Origin: a virus
Direction: 5' to 3' (one strand)
IMG/VR virus record: IMGVR_UViG_3300036791_001056
Location: 1-64,000 of that record
DNA: 64,000 nt
The position numbers and the translations under genes were made by a program. Below the pieces are notes generated by a model that searched no databases, was not told where the DNA came from, and worked only from the letters and a program-made list of their open reading frames with translations. Numbering within the stretch: the stretch's first letter is position 1; each line of letters opens with the position of its first letter. Shown here piece by piece: positions 1 through 9,889 of this stretch.

Positions 1-73
1 GTGGCCCCTTCACGATTTTTGCGGGGTCCCCTTGGGCCCCCCCCGCTTCTCAGTATGGTTCGGGAGGCTCTCC

Positions 74-2806
74 TCAACCGAGTTGTGCGCTGCCAACACT
101 AGCACAGCCGACCGCCTCGAGCAACTCGGCCGCGATGATCTTCACGGACCGGGCGCCGCGGCCCTTGACCCGCACAACCGTCGTCATCGCACCGGGCGCA
201 GCGTCCAGCCATCTCCGGTCCCGCCACGACTTCACCGTCCGGTCGAAGTCGTGGCCGTGGCGCTCGAGGAACTCGCGGAGCCACGCCGGCTTCACCGCGA
301 GGTACTCGCCCGGCTGCCACCGGCCCAGCCACCCGCCGCTCGGCGTGATGCTGTACAGCTCGCTCGTGTTCTCGACCCAGAACGCGCCCTGGTTCAGCGC
401 CACCTCGGTCGCCAAGACGAGCAGCGCCTGCTCGGGCCGGTCATCAGCACCCTCCTCGAGGGCGCCGCCGCCGGCCGCCAGGTCCGGCCACAGCCCACTC
501 GGTGCTGCCGGCACGATGCCAGCGCTGGCTGCTACCTCAGCGGCGAGCACCATCACCGCCACGCTGTCAGATCTCCGGCCCGCCACCGGCCCCGGCACCA
601 GCTCTCGGAGCCGCAGCGCCGCCATGCGGTGCCGGCTGCGCAGCTCGGCGGTGGTGATCTCAGCCAGCGCTCTCATGAACAGCTCTCCGGCGTGACCGTA
701 GCACACGCTGACCGCGTCTCGGACCGCATCAGCCATGGCGGCTGATGACATCGGGTCACCCTCAGCTGTGACCACCCGGGGCACCACGCCGCCCTGCTTG
801 GTGAAGCTGACGAGGGTGTTCTCTCCGCAGCTGATGATGACTGACTCGTACTGCACCTGGCTGAGCAGCCCGGAGCCGTCTTGCTTAGACCGGCCCTTGC
901 TGTGCCCCTCGGTGAGGCTGTACACCAGCGCTGCCACGCTCTCCGGCGCCGCCAGCTGCGACTCGTTCAAGAAGAACGGCAGGCCGCGCAGGCAGCTCAA
1001 GAAGTGCTCGTTGGCTACTAGCGTGTTGTTCCAGGCCTGCACCAGGCGTGCCGGGTCTCCCCACACCGACGCCGCCAGCCCCAGCGTCACCGTCTTACCT
1101 GTCGATGTCCCGGCCGAGATGTCAAAGACGAACGGGGCCTGCCCGAGAATCCGCAGCAGCGGCGCCGAGAGCGCAGCCGCCACAGCGGCGATGGGCAGCG
1201 GGCGCCCGGCGCAGCACTCCATCGCTGCTCGCCACCCGGCCACCGTGCCGCTGACCCGGTGCCCGGCCACCCACTCCCTCGTGTTCTTCACGTCACGGAT
1301 CCCGAACGGGCGCTCCGGGCCGAAGACGAACCGCCCGCCGGTCCCCTCGCCCTGCCAGCCGAGCTGAGTGGCCACCCGGGTCGACCGGGGCAGCAGCCAG
1401 CCGCCGTTCACTGCCGTGAGCTCGCCCAAGAACCGGGCCAGCGCTCCGGCCGTGTGCCCCGTCACCACGAGGTCTCCGAACAGCTTAGGCAGCTGCCGCG
1501 GGTCAGCGATGCTCGCCGCCGGCGTCATCACGCTCTTCTGCTCGGCCGCGATGTCCAGCCAGCGCAGCTCGTACCACACGTCATCGCCGCCGGCGTCGCT
1601 CGCCATTCCCGAAATGATGACCGGCCGGTGCGAAATGGGGGTGAAGTCCCGCACCTCCCCGTTCCGGTCTCTCACCTCGCGGAACACGCCGTCTTGCCGG
1701 ATGTCATAGCCCGGCGGCACCACGTAGTCATCGGGCACGAAGCTGGCCCACCCCGCCGGCCGGGCCACGCCGCTGCCGCCACCAGCTCCTGCCCACCCCG
1801 CATTGCCGCCCGGCAGCGCACCAGCCGGGTGCGCTCCGTTGCCGCTCACCGCTAGCGGCGCCGGCACCGGCAGGTTCTGGCTCCAGAGCTGCAGCGCGGC
1901 GCTCGGCAGGCCCGCGGTGCTCTCGTGCTTCTGCCGAGCGCTGCGGAAGAAGACCTCGAAGTCGCCCTCGGTCCACGGCCGCGCCGGGTCTCCCACCGGA
2001 GTATTAGCCAGCACGGCCCGCCAGATGCTCAGGGCGAGCCCCTCGCTCGCTCCCTGGGCAGCGAGCTGCGCCGTCAAGCTCAGCAGCGCGCGCCGCTGGC
2101 GGCCGTCTCCGGGCTCTCCGGCGCCGCTGGCCAGCAGGTCATCAATGCTCACCAGCGGGCCGGCGCTCTCACCGCCGCCTCTGCTGAACCCGCCGCCTGC
2201 CTCAGAGCTCCGCACCCGCCGCTGGCCGAGGAACAGGGCCAGCAGGTACGGCACCGCGGCCGGCCCGGCCTCCTCCGCCTCCTCCGCCTCGTACCGCCGG
2301 CCGCTGGGGTGCAGCGCCGGCGGCACGGCGCAGAACCCGTTGCTCTTAACCTCGCCCCGCCACCCGGCGCCGATCGGGCCCTGCACCGGCCAGCTCGTGA
2401 GCAGCTCGCCGCGGCGGTAGAGGAAGTGCATCCCGCCGCCGTCTCGCCCCGTCCGCCACGACCACGTGGTGCCGCGCAGCGGGCAGACCTCCTCCTCGAA
2501 GCGCTCGAGCGACGCCAGATCATCCCAGTCGAGAATGAGCGCACCGGCCGCCTCAGCGGTGACGATCCCCGGCTGCCAGTCGTGGCCCACGCTCCGCCAA
2601 GCGTGCCGCAGGTTCTCCCACTCGTGATCGCCGAACCGGGAGGCGTAGTCCTCGTAGGTGAACCCGGAGATCGCCGCCACCTTGGCGCCGTCTCGCCAGT
2701 ACCACGGCATGGGAGTGAACCCGCGTGACCGCCACCAGCCCGCAGCCTCGAGAGGCGCCAGCCCCGCCAGCATCGCCAGCTCCTCGCGGCCAGGGCTCAC
2801 GCACAC
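74..2806 (-). CDS. Bifunctional primase-polymerase fused to DUF927/SF3-like helicase
   Basis: N-terminal Prim-Pol motifs (LILDWD, TGRDGGGMHFLY, VPPALHPSGRRY); C-terminal Walker A AGTSTGKT and LPFFLNE. True start may be slightly downstream. Confidence 0.85.
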   Translation of the reverse strand: MCVSPGREELAMLAGLAPLEAAGWWRSRGFTPMPWYWRDGAKVAAISGFTYEDYASRFGDHEWENLRHAWRSVGHDWQPGIVTAEAAGALILDWDDLASLERFEEEVCPLRGTTWSWRTGRDGGGMHFLYRRGELLTSWPVQGPIGAGWRGEVKSNGFCAVPPALHPSGRRYEAEEAEEAGPAAVPYLLALFLGQRRVRSSEAGGGFSRGGGESAGPLVSIDDLLASGAGEPGDGRQRRALLSLTAQLAAQGASEGLALSIWRAVLANTPVGDPARPWTEGDFEVFFRSARQKHESTAGLPSAALQLWSQNLPVPAPLAVSGNGAHPAGALPGGNAGWAGAGGGSGVARPAGWASFVPDDYVVPPGYDIRQDGVFREVRDRNGEVRDFTPISHRPVIISGMASDAGGDDVWYELRWLDIAAEQKSVMTPAASIADPRQLPKLFGDLVVTGHTAGALARFLGELTAVNGGWLLPRSTRVATQLGWQGEGTGGRFVFGPERPFGIRDVKNTREWVAGHRVSGTVAGWRAAMECCAGRPLPIAAVAAALSAPLLRILGQAPFVFDISAGTSTGKTVTLGLAASVWGDPARLVQAWNNTLVANEHFLSCLRGLPFFLNESQLAAPESVAALVYSLTEGHSKGRSKQDGSGLLSQVQYESVIISCGENTLVSFTKQGGVVPRVVTAEGDPMSSAAMADAVRDAVSVCYGHAGELFMRALAEITTAELRSRHRMAALRLRELVPGPVAGRRSDSVAVMVLAAEVAASAGIVPAAPSGLWPDLAAGGGALEEGADDRPEQALLVLATEVALNQGAFWVENTSELYSITPSGGWLGRWQPGEYLAVKPAWLREFLERHGHDFDRTVKSWRDRRWLDAAPGAMTTVVRVKGRGARSVKIIAAELLEAVGCASVGSAQLG

Positions 2807-2980
2807 CTCCCCCGGGCTGACGGCGCACTGAAGATGGTGCGCGAATGCTCGTTGACCTCAGCACCAGGTGCGTCCCGCCGGGCGGGGCGGAGTGGGCGAG
2901 ATGTCGATCATATCTCAGGAACCGCGGCTTGGCTACCTAGTCATTTGATATAGTCATATCATCTCAGCCACCCGGAGCCA

Positions 2981-3050
2981 TGCTGAGCTGAGCAGAGCAG
3001 ACCTTAGTCTAGTAAACAGCAGTTCAGCATAGATGAGCGCAGCAGCTCAG
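2981..3050 (+). repeat. (NNNAG)n pentamer-phased tract
   Basis: ctgag ctgag cagag cagac cttag tctag ... ttcag catag atgag cgcag. Confidence 0.75.
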
Positions 3051-3105
3051 AATGCGCTGGCGGCGGCCAGGCCTTCTTACCCAGCCGTCGCTGGCGCATT
3101 TCTTG
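3051..3105. terminator. 17-bp hairpin, probable terminator
   Basis: aatgcgctggcggcggc pairs with gccgtcgctggcgcatt (with G-U pairs), followed by tctt; separates two oppositely oriented pentamer tracts. Confidence 0.6.
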
Positions 3106-3109
3106 AACT

Positions 3110-3360
3110 GTGCCTGGCTGAGCTTGCGTAAGCTAAGCTTGACTCAGCTATGCTTGGGTTTAAGCTCAGCTTTGCTGCACTCTGCTGAGGTGGAATGAGC
3201 TCAGGCAGCGAGTAACTTTGACCGCCGCCTGGCTGAGCTTAACTGAGCGCTGCTATGTTATGCTGATCTTTGCTGAGCACTGTTATGTTATGCTATGTTA
3301 TGCTGATCTTTGCGCCAACTGTGGTGCACTCTGCTGTGCTGGGCTTCGTTTAGCTGAGTG
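3110..3360 (-). repeat. (NNNAG)n pentamer-phased tract, minus strand
   Basis: CT recurs every 5 nt on the plus strand (gctgagcttgcgtaagctaagcttgactcagctatgct...). Confidence 0.8.
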
Positions 3361-3553
3361 CCTCTCGGCTCACCTCGAACGTGAACATGATCTCATCATC
3401 ACGCGCCGTGACCGTCACGACGTCATCCGCCGTGCACCTCCCACCCAGCTCACGGTCAATGGCGCCGAGTACCTTGCTCACCTCGGCCCAGTTTGATGGG
3501 CTCGGCAGCGCATCTCACTCGGCTCCTCTCAGTTCCCGCTTTTACCAGCCTGC

Positions 3554-4057
3554 TTATGCTGGTGGCCCATCCCACTGCTGCGCTCCGCTGTCATTCTGCG
3601 CCCGTGAGACGATCCACGCGCCATTGCGCGCGGCAAATGGCATGCTGATGCACTCGTTGCTCAGCACACACCACACGCTGGCGCCGTTACCGAGCGTAAT
3701 CTCATACCACCTCTGCCCATTGCTGGCCGAGCAGTTGCCCTCATACAGCCGAGCATTACCGGCCATTCCCGGGTCGGTGAGGCAGAGCCCGCTCGGCAGC
3801 AGCAGGTTGTAGCCGTCTCCCTGGCTCACGGCGGCAAACTGGAACCACGAGCGGTCTTGGCAGTTCCACAGCACCACATCAGTACCCGCAGCGCCGTTGG
3901 CCGGGTCCGCCGCGCACCAGAGCCCACCCGTCTGGTCGAACGGCATTGAGAATGCGTACGCCCGCGCCGGTGCTGTGACCGTGATCACCGCCAGCACTGC
4001 CATCACGATGACAGTCAGGCCACCCGTCTTAACCCGGCTCATCTTTTGCTCCTCCAT
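3554..4057 (-). CDS. Secreted ricin B-type lectin domain protein
   Basis: Signal peptide ending AYA; SGLCLTD, NGQRW and AQQW (QxW) repeats. Confidence 0.75.
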   Translation of the reverse strand: MEEQKMSRVKTGGLTVIVMAVLAVITVTAPARAYAFSMPFDQTGGLWCAADPANGAAGTDVVLWNCQDRSWFQFAAVSQGDGYNLLLPSGLCLTDPGMAGNARLYEGNCSASNGQRWYEITLGNGASVWCVLSNECISMPFAARNGAWIVSRAQNDSGAQQWDGPPA

Positions 4058-4069
4058 TCACGCGGTTAA

Positions 4070-4490
4070 CCTGTGCTGTGCTCATCTTTAGCTTGACTGG
4101 GCTTGACTGAGCTGAGTTGTCATTACTGAGCTGATCTTTACTATGCTGGACTGAGCTGCGCTTAAGCGCACTTGGTGCTGCTCAACTGTGATTCACTAAA
4201 GTTCTGTGCTGTGATCACCTTGGCTCAGCTTAGCCTCGCTCAGCTGCGGTTAGCTACGCTCGGTCTTAGCTGCGCTGAGGCAGGTATCTGCTGCGGCTAA
4301 TTATACTTAGCTGAGACGCGCTTGACACTGCTTAACTGTGATTCTGTGCTGCTGGGCAGCGCTGTGCTCTGGTGGGAATCAACAGCTGCCTGTGCTCTGG
4401 TCTGCTGAGCTCGGATGGACTCTGCTTAACTGTTCATTGGCTGTGCTGATCTTTACTTCTGCCGCGCTGAGCTCTGCATTGTTATGCTGA
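4070..4490 (-). repeat. (NNNAG)n pentamer-phased tract, about 420 nt
   Basis: Long AT-richer intergenic tract with CT every 5 nt on the plus strand. Confidence 0.85.
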
Positions 4491-4856
4491 GTTGAGGTCG
4501 CCGCGCAGCGCCGCCGTGAGCCCGGCCAGCGCCCCCTCGAGCCGACCCAGCCAGAACTCGCACCGCCGCTCCAGCGGGGCGCCGCAGGCTCCCGGCGGCG
4601 CCAGCTCAGTGCCCCGCAGGTCAGCCAGCGTCTCCTCAGCCACCTCGAGCGCCGAGCTGACCCAGCCATCGGTGCTGATCTCGCACTCCCACGCCGCCAC
4701 GTCACCGGCGCTCATGCTGCGCTCAGCGAGATCCATGGCATCGTGCAGTACTTCCACTCCCTGCAGCGCGATCACGCGCCACGTCGCAGCCAGCCGCTCC
4801 GCTAGCCGCGCCCGGTCTTCGGCAGTCAAGCCTGCCGCGCTAGTACTACTAGCCAC
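4482..4856 (-). CDS. Hypothetical protein
   Basis: ORF with GGAACGGAGGAAGAGG leader/RBS. Confidence 0.6.
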   Translation of the reverse strand: MASSTSAAGLTAEDRARLAERLAATWRVIALQGVEVLHDAMDLAERSMSAGDVAAWECEISTDGWVSSALEVAEETLADLRGTELAPPGACGAPLERRCEFWLGRLEGALAGLTAALRGDLNSA

Positions 4857-4932
4857 CTCTTCCTCCGTTCCTGGCAGTCACCCGGCCCGCGCCTAGCTCT
4901 CGGCAGGACCCGGGACGGGCGACCTGGTCACA

Positions 4933-4962
4933 ACTCTACCACACGTCCAGCTCGGTTGTAAA
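4933..4962 (-). promoter_or_regulatory. Conserved promoter TTTACA-N18-TAGAGT
   Basis: Matches repeated consensus with TGTGG extended -10. Confidence 0.7.
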
Positions 4963-5056
4963 CAAGTCCTGAGCGCGGCCAGCGGTAGCCAGCGCGGCCC
5001 GGCTTGCTATATTGTCGATCATAGGAAGCAGGAACCCCGAGTGAACGGAGGCGAGA

Positions 5057-5614
5057 ATGCCGGGAACTGACGCTCAGGCCGCTGCTAACGGCGGCCCCGC
5101 CCAGTTGATCCGCGTTCCGGACGACAGCGAGGTGCTGGAGTTCAGCGGGCACCAGGTGGGCCAGTCATCGACCGCGGGACCCCGGAAGTTCCGCTGGGTG
5201 ACCATTACCCTCTACCGCGTGGCCGACGGGACGGGACGCTACGTGCTGCACCGCGTGGGTGAGAGCCGGGTGTTCCACCAGCTCGACCGGTGCAACCGCG
5301 GCGTTCCCACGGCAGCCAGTGAGCTGCGGCGCGACGCTGTGCCGTGCATCGAGTGCCACCCACCTACCCGGGACGTGGCCGTCACGATGCCTCGCCTGCG
5401 GGTCAACGCCGAGACTGATCATCACGGGGCCGTGGTGTGCGCTGACGCCGCTGAGGTGCTGCGGCGCCTGCGGATGCGTGATCCGCTCGAGACGGCCGGT
5501 GGCCGCTCGGTCATCGGCAGCAATTACAGCGCACCCGCCCAGCGGCTGCTGGACGAGGCGCGCCTCGTGGACCCGGTCATCAATGAGGTGATGACAGCGG
5601 TCCGGAAGATCTGA
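5057..5614 (+). CDS. Hypothetical phage protein
   Basis: RBS GGAGG; CxxC motif. Confidence 0.7.
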   Translation: MPGTDAQAAANGGPAQLIRVPDDSEVLEFSGHQVGQSSTAGPRKFRWVTITLYRVADGTGRYVLHRVGESRVFHQLDRCNRGVPTAASELRRDAVPCIECHPPTRDVAVTMPRLRVNAETDHHGAVVCADAAEVLRRLRMRDPLETAGGRSVIGSNYSAPAQRLLDEARLVDPVINEVMTAVRKI

Positions 5615-5672
5615 TGAGCGTCACCTAGCTCTCAGAGTCACCAGAGGAACCAGGAACAGAGGAAGAGCGCAA

Positions 5673-6869
5673 ATGACCAGGGTTTCTGACATGATCCAGA
5701 TCGCTAAGCGCGGCGGGCTGCCCAGCGAGCGGCTGGCCAACGCAGGTGATCCGGACAAGGATCTCAAGGCCACATCGTGGCTGGTGCACCAGTTCATGCT
5801 CGAGGAGGCCCGGCGCCGGGAGGAGCGCGTCATTCCCGGCGCTGAGGAGGGCACTGAGTGGATCGAGTGGCACGGCACGCTCTCCTCGATCCTCGCTGCC
5901 CTGCACCTGGCCAGCCGCGATGACGAGCTGCAGCTGCGCACCGTCCGCCGGAACGTGAGTCACTGGCTCCGCAACCTCGGCAACGCCGTCTGCCTGCACC
6001 GCACGAACGGCCTCAGCGCAGATCCGGCGAAGGACACGCTCTGGGCGGTGCGCGCCGACTTCCGTGAGGTGCCGATGCCGCCGGGTCTGCCCATCATGAG
6101 CATGATCACGACGGCGCCGTCATCGCGGCATGCGCAGCTTGAAGAGTGGCACCAGCCCGCACCGCCGCCAGAACCAGCGCCCCCGGGCGACCGAGCTGAG
6201 GTCACCGCTGCGCCGCTAGTGGAGTCCGGCCGCATCGCCTGCCGTTACTGCTCAAACCGTGATTTCCAGCGGACGTACATCGCGCGGCACGTGTTCAAGG
6301 AGCACGCCAACGCGACCGACCTGCTGCTCGACGCCATCCGCCAGCGCGGCAAGGTCTTGTCCACCGACCTGCTCGACCTGCTGGTGCAGGCAACGTTCGG
6401 CGGTGCGGTGAGCACCGGGTTCGTCACGGACGCGCTGCGGGAGCCCACTCAGCGCGGAGTCATCTACACGGTGAAGGGCTGGGCTGGGCAGTTCTGGTAC
6501 GTCTGGGCGGCGACCACGCCGGCCAGTGACCCGGACCGGCCGATCGGCGCCGTTACCAGCGGCGTGCCCGTGACCAGCACGCAGCTCAGCTCACCGGATG
6601 AGCCGCCGCAAGAGCAGCAGCAGCTCGCGGCAGCTGATGTTGATGTGATCTCGCAGGCTGAGGAGGTCTCACCAGCGGCGGCACCCGCGCATCCCAAGCT
6701 GCGCCCGGTGAGCGAGCTGACGTCACCGGGCGGTGATGAGGTCACCGCCGCAATCGATGCGCTCGACGACGTTGTGCAGCGCTTGCGGTCCGTCCTGGCC
6801 GGCGTGACTCACGAGAACGCCGAGCTGCGGAGGTACCGCGACCGAGTCCGCTCGCTGCTCACCGATTAG
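5673..6869 (+). CDS. Hypothetical protein with C2H2-like zinc finger and C-terminal coiled coil
   Basis: CRYC...HVFKEH; RBS present. Confidence 0.65.
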   Translation: MTRVSDMIQIAKRGGLPSERLANAGDPDKDLKATSWLVHQFMLEEARRREERVIPGAEEGTEWIEWHGTLSSILAALHLASRDDELQLRTVRRNVSHWLRNLGNAVCLHRTNGLSADPAKDTLWAVRADFREVPMPPGLPIMSMITTAPSSRHAQLEEWHQPAPPPEPAPPGDRAEVTAAPLVESGRIACRYCSNRDFQRTYIARHVFKEHANATDLLLDAIRQRGKVLSTDLLDLLVQATFGGAVSTGFVTDALREPTQRGVIYTVKGWAGQFWYVWAATTPASDPDRPIGAVTSGVPVTSTQLSSPDEPPQEQQQLAAADVDVISQAEEVSPAAAPAHPKLRPVSELTSPGGDEVTAAIDALDDVVQRLRSVLAGVTHENAELRRYRDRVRSLLTD

Positions 6870-6886
6870 TAGTACAGTAAAAACCA

Positions 6887-6932
6887 GCGCTGCCGGCCGG
6901 AGGCAAGCGAAGGGGTCCCCGGCCGGCAGCGC
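6887..6932 (+). terminator. GC-rich hairpin
   Basis: gcgctgccggccgg ... ccggccggcagcgc. Confidence 0.5.
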
Positions 6933-6951
6933 GCTCACTGAGAAGGTGTGA

Positions 6952-7275
6952 GTGATGACGGAGCCTGATGAGAGAGCCAGCGCTCTCGCTGAGTACGAGA
7001 GCCGCACGCGCCGCGCTGATGACCTGCTGCGCCGGTTTGCGCTCCGGGAGTACCGCGCCGACGGCGCGAACGCTCACCTGACCGACTGCCCGGACGCCGC
7101 GGTCGCTGAGCTTGACAGCCAAGACGGGTCATACGGCTGCGAGACGGGCTGTGACTACCTCACGCTCACCGTGACGGTAACCTGCTCACACGATGAGACT
7201 GAGGAGTTCTCTTACGGTGAGTTCGGTGATCTGGCCAGAATCATCGAGGCCCTGGAGCGGGAGGCATCCGCGTAA
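6952..7275 (+). CDS. Hypothetical protein
   Basis: ORF, phage-like acidic protein. Confidence 0.6.
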   Translation: MMTEPDERASALAEYESRTRRADDLLRRFALREYRADGANAHLTDCPDAAVAELDSQDGSYGCETGCDYLTLTVTVTCSHDETEEFSYGEFGDLARIIEALEREASA

Positions 7276-7533
7276 TGAGCAGCCGGAAGGTGCGGTACCT
7301 GATAGCCCGCCGTCGCGCTCGCATCTGGGCCGCCCGGTTCGAAAACCAGTGCGTTGGATATGAGGGTGATGCGTTCGACCGGCGAAGGTGGAGGCAGCGC
7401 GGATGAGCTGGCGGTTCTACCGCGGGATCAGGTGCCGAGTGTGCAATGGGCTGTTTATGGACTGGCGCGATCACCGGCGTCACATTAAGAGGCATAAGAG
7501 AGCGGTCAAGCGCCGGCACCCGGCAGGTGCCCG

Positions 7534-8505
7534 GTGCTGATCTTGCTCGAGGGGCCTGACGGCGGCGGTAAGTCCACGCTCGCCGAGGCGCTGTGCACCG
7601 TGTGGGGCAGTAGTGGCACCAGAGATGAGTTCCACCTCATTCACACTGGCCCACCTGACCCGCCAGACCGGTGCATCTTCGAGGAGTACGAGCTGCAGCT
7701 GGACGCGCTGGCTGAGCGCTGCGTCTCATCAGGTGAGCTCGTCATTATGGACCGCTGGCACCTCGGTGATCCGGTCTATGCGCGATATCGCGCGATTCCC
7801 AAGAACCGCACCACGCCTGCCGGTGTGCTGCATATCGATATGGCCATCTCTGCGCTGGGTGTCAAGGTTATGTGCCTGCCGCCGCTCAAGGTGATCCAAG
7901 AGCGCGTGGCCCGTGATGGTGACTGGCTCATCAGCCAGGATGACCTGCCGCGGATCCACGCGGAGTACGCCACAATGGCTGATCTTTACGGGTACATCGT
8001 CCCGAACTGGCAGCTCGACCCGAGCGTAGCAGCCAAGTCACTCATCCGCCGGGCATTCGGCCGGGCTCACCTCGCGGCGCCGTTGTGGACCGCGTCGGCC
8101 GGCACCTACATCGGCTCGACCCAGCCGAACGTGGTCTTCGCCGGTGACGAGCTCGGTGGCAGCACCGAGAAGGGCACGTGCCTCGGCTTCCGGCGGCCGT
8201 TCACGCCAAAGCTGCCCGGGTCGTGCTCGGAGTGGCTGCTGCGGGCGCTGCTGGCCGCCGGTAATGGTATAGTAAGTAACTGCGGGCTGGTGAACGCGAA
8301 CCAGCCCGGCGTGGGCCTGGCCAAGCTGCGCCAACTCACGCCCAGCGCGCGCTGGGTGGCTCTCGGCCAGAGATCCGCTAGGGCGCTGGAGAGCGCAGGC
8401 ATCAGCCACCGGGTCGAGCAGCACCCGCAGTACGCTCGGCGGTTCCGGCACTCGGACCTGGCCGGGTACGCCGCCGAGCTGGCGGCTGCGGCGGAAGCGC
8501 AGTAG
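7534..8505 (+). CDS. dNMP (thymidylate-like) kinase fused to a uracil-DNA-glycosylase-like domain
   Basis: LEGPDGGGKST P-loop and IMDRW; C-terminal VVFAGDELG, VALGQRS and HPQY resemble UDG-superfamily motifs. Confidence 0.75.
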   Translation: MLILLEGPDGGGKSTLAEALCTVWGSSGTRDEFHLIHTGPPDPPDRCIFEEYELQLDALAERCVSSGELVIMDRWHLGDPVYARYRAIPKNRTTPAGVLHIDMAISALGVKVMCLPPLKVIQERVARDGDWLISQDDLPRIHAEYATMADLYGYIVPNWQLDPSVAAKSLIRRAFGRAHLAAPLWTASAGTYIGSTQPNVVFAGDELGGSTEKGTCLGFRRPFTPKLPGSCSEWLLRALLAAGNGIVSNCGLVNANQPGVGLAKLRQLTPSARWVALGQRSARALESAGISHRVEQHPQYARRFRHSDLAGYAAELAAAAEAQ

Positions 8506-8558
8506 AGTAATAGCACAGCCGGAAGTTAACCGAGCAGGAACAGATTGGTCTGAGGTGA

Positions 8559-9500
8559 TTGAGCATCGTGGAGATAGCCGCTGAGACCGGGTCTGAGGCG
8601 TACCTCAGTGCGCTCGAGCTGCTGGCCAGCCGCGGAGAGCGTGCGGCACCGCGCGGCATGGCAACCACCGAGCTGCGTAACGTCACGCTGCTAATCTCGG
8701 ACCCGCAGGAGGTCCACGTTCTCCGGACCGGCCGGAAGCCGAGCGCGGCCATCGCGGCCACCGAGGCTGCGCAGCTCATCGCGGGCGTCTCATCACTGGA
8801 GCAGCTCGACCTGGCCAGCGGCGGTAGGTTCTCGCAGTTCGCGGACGGCGGCCGCCTGAGGGGGGCGTACGGGCCGCGAGCGTGGGAGCAGCTGCAGCGC
8901 GTGGCGCAGGTGCTGGCCCGCGACGTCAGCACTCGGCAGGCAGTCGTGAGCGTCTGGCGGGGCGACGAGGGGAGCGCTGGGCGCGACGTGCCGTGCACGC
9001 TCTCTTACCAGTTCCTCCCGCGGGCCGGGCACCTCGAGCTGCGGACCAGCATGCGCAGCAATGACGCGTGGCTGGGGCTGCCGTATGACCTCGAGATCGC
9101 CCGGTGCCTGCTGCTCACCATGGCGTGGGCGGTGGGAATGCCGCCGGGACCGTACGCTCACACCGTGGGGTCGCTGCACGCTTACGACCGCGACGCCGCT
9201 GACATCGCTCGCGTGACTCTCGCGGGGTCTCAAGCTCTCAGCAGGGAGCCGGTCCCACCATTCATGCCACTGCCTGCAGCGGCGGATGAGCCCGCTTACG
9301 CGGTGCGGCGCTGGGAGCTGCGCGCCCTCGCGGCTGAGAGAGTCGTGCTGCGCCGCGCGGAGGAGCCCGATGACGCGAATCCCTGGCACGCGGCGCACGT
9401 CCCGCCGCTCCCTCCTGGGCAGCTGGGAATCTGGGAGTGGGAGACTTGCCGCACCTGCCGGTATGTGACTGACGGCGAGTGCGCGGAGTGCGTCCCGTGA
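8559..9500 (+). CDS. Thymidylate-synthase-superfamily enzyme, probable dCMP hydroxymethylase/methylase
   Basis: GAYGPR, TRQAV, DVPCT, MRSND motifs; GLPYD has Asp at the position where dUMP-specific TS has Asn. Confidence 0.8.
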   Translation: MSIVEIAAETGSEAYLSALELLASRGERAAPRGMATTELRNVTLLISDPQEVHVLRTGRKPSAAIAATEAAQLIAGVSSLEQLDLASGGRFSQFADGGRLRGAYGPRAWEQLQRVAQVLARDVSTRQAVVSVWRGDEGSAGRDVPCTLSYQFLPRAGHLELRTSMRSNDAWLGLPYDLEIARCLLLTMAWAVGMPPGPYAHTVGSLHAYDRDAADIARVTLAGSQALSREPVPPFMPLPAAADEPAYAVRRWELRALAAERVVLRRAEEPDDANPWHAAHVPPLPPGQLGIWEWETCRTCRYVTDGECAECVP

Positions 9501-9889
9501 CCCCGGCCGCCGCACCCTGGGTGTCTTGGGCCATCATCATCACAGCGCTGGTGCTCATCGTGCTCGTTGTAATCTTTGTCTTGACGCGGCCAACGGCCAC
9601 CGTCAGCGTGCTGCCGCCGGACCAGGAGTACCAGCCGGTCATGCTGGCTGACGCAGTGGTCAAGTCCAAGTGCACCCGGTGCAGCGGTGGCGTGCAGGCG
9701 CTCACCGGCCGGGCGTGGGGGCCGGTCCCAAGATCCATGCTGATGCTGGAGCGCACCCACGACGGCGATGACATCCACCGGCCGCCCCACGCCAACATCC
9801 GGCCCTGCACCAGCTGCGCGGGCCGGGGCTTTTACCTGACTCACCCGGAACTAGACAGCGTGATCAACGCAGATGGGAGTACCTCGTGA
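9497..9889 (+). CDS. Membrane protein with Zn-ribbon
   Basis: One TM helix plus CxxC..CxxCxGxG; GTGA overlap with upstream gene. Confidence 0.55.
   Translation: MTPAAAPWVSWAIIITALVLIVLVVIFVLTRPTATVSVLPPDQEYQPVMLADAVVKSKCTRCSGGVQALTGRAWGPVPRSMLMLERTHDGDDIHRPPHANIRPCTSCAGRGFYLTHPELDSVINADGSTS

Noticed and set aside
3351-3518. Small minus-strand gene (..LPSPSNWAEVSKV..)
   Set aside because: The RBS-linked GTG is out of frame with the protein-like frame; it may be a frameshifted remnant but is too weak to call.
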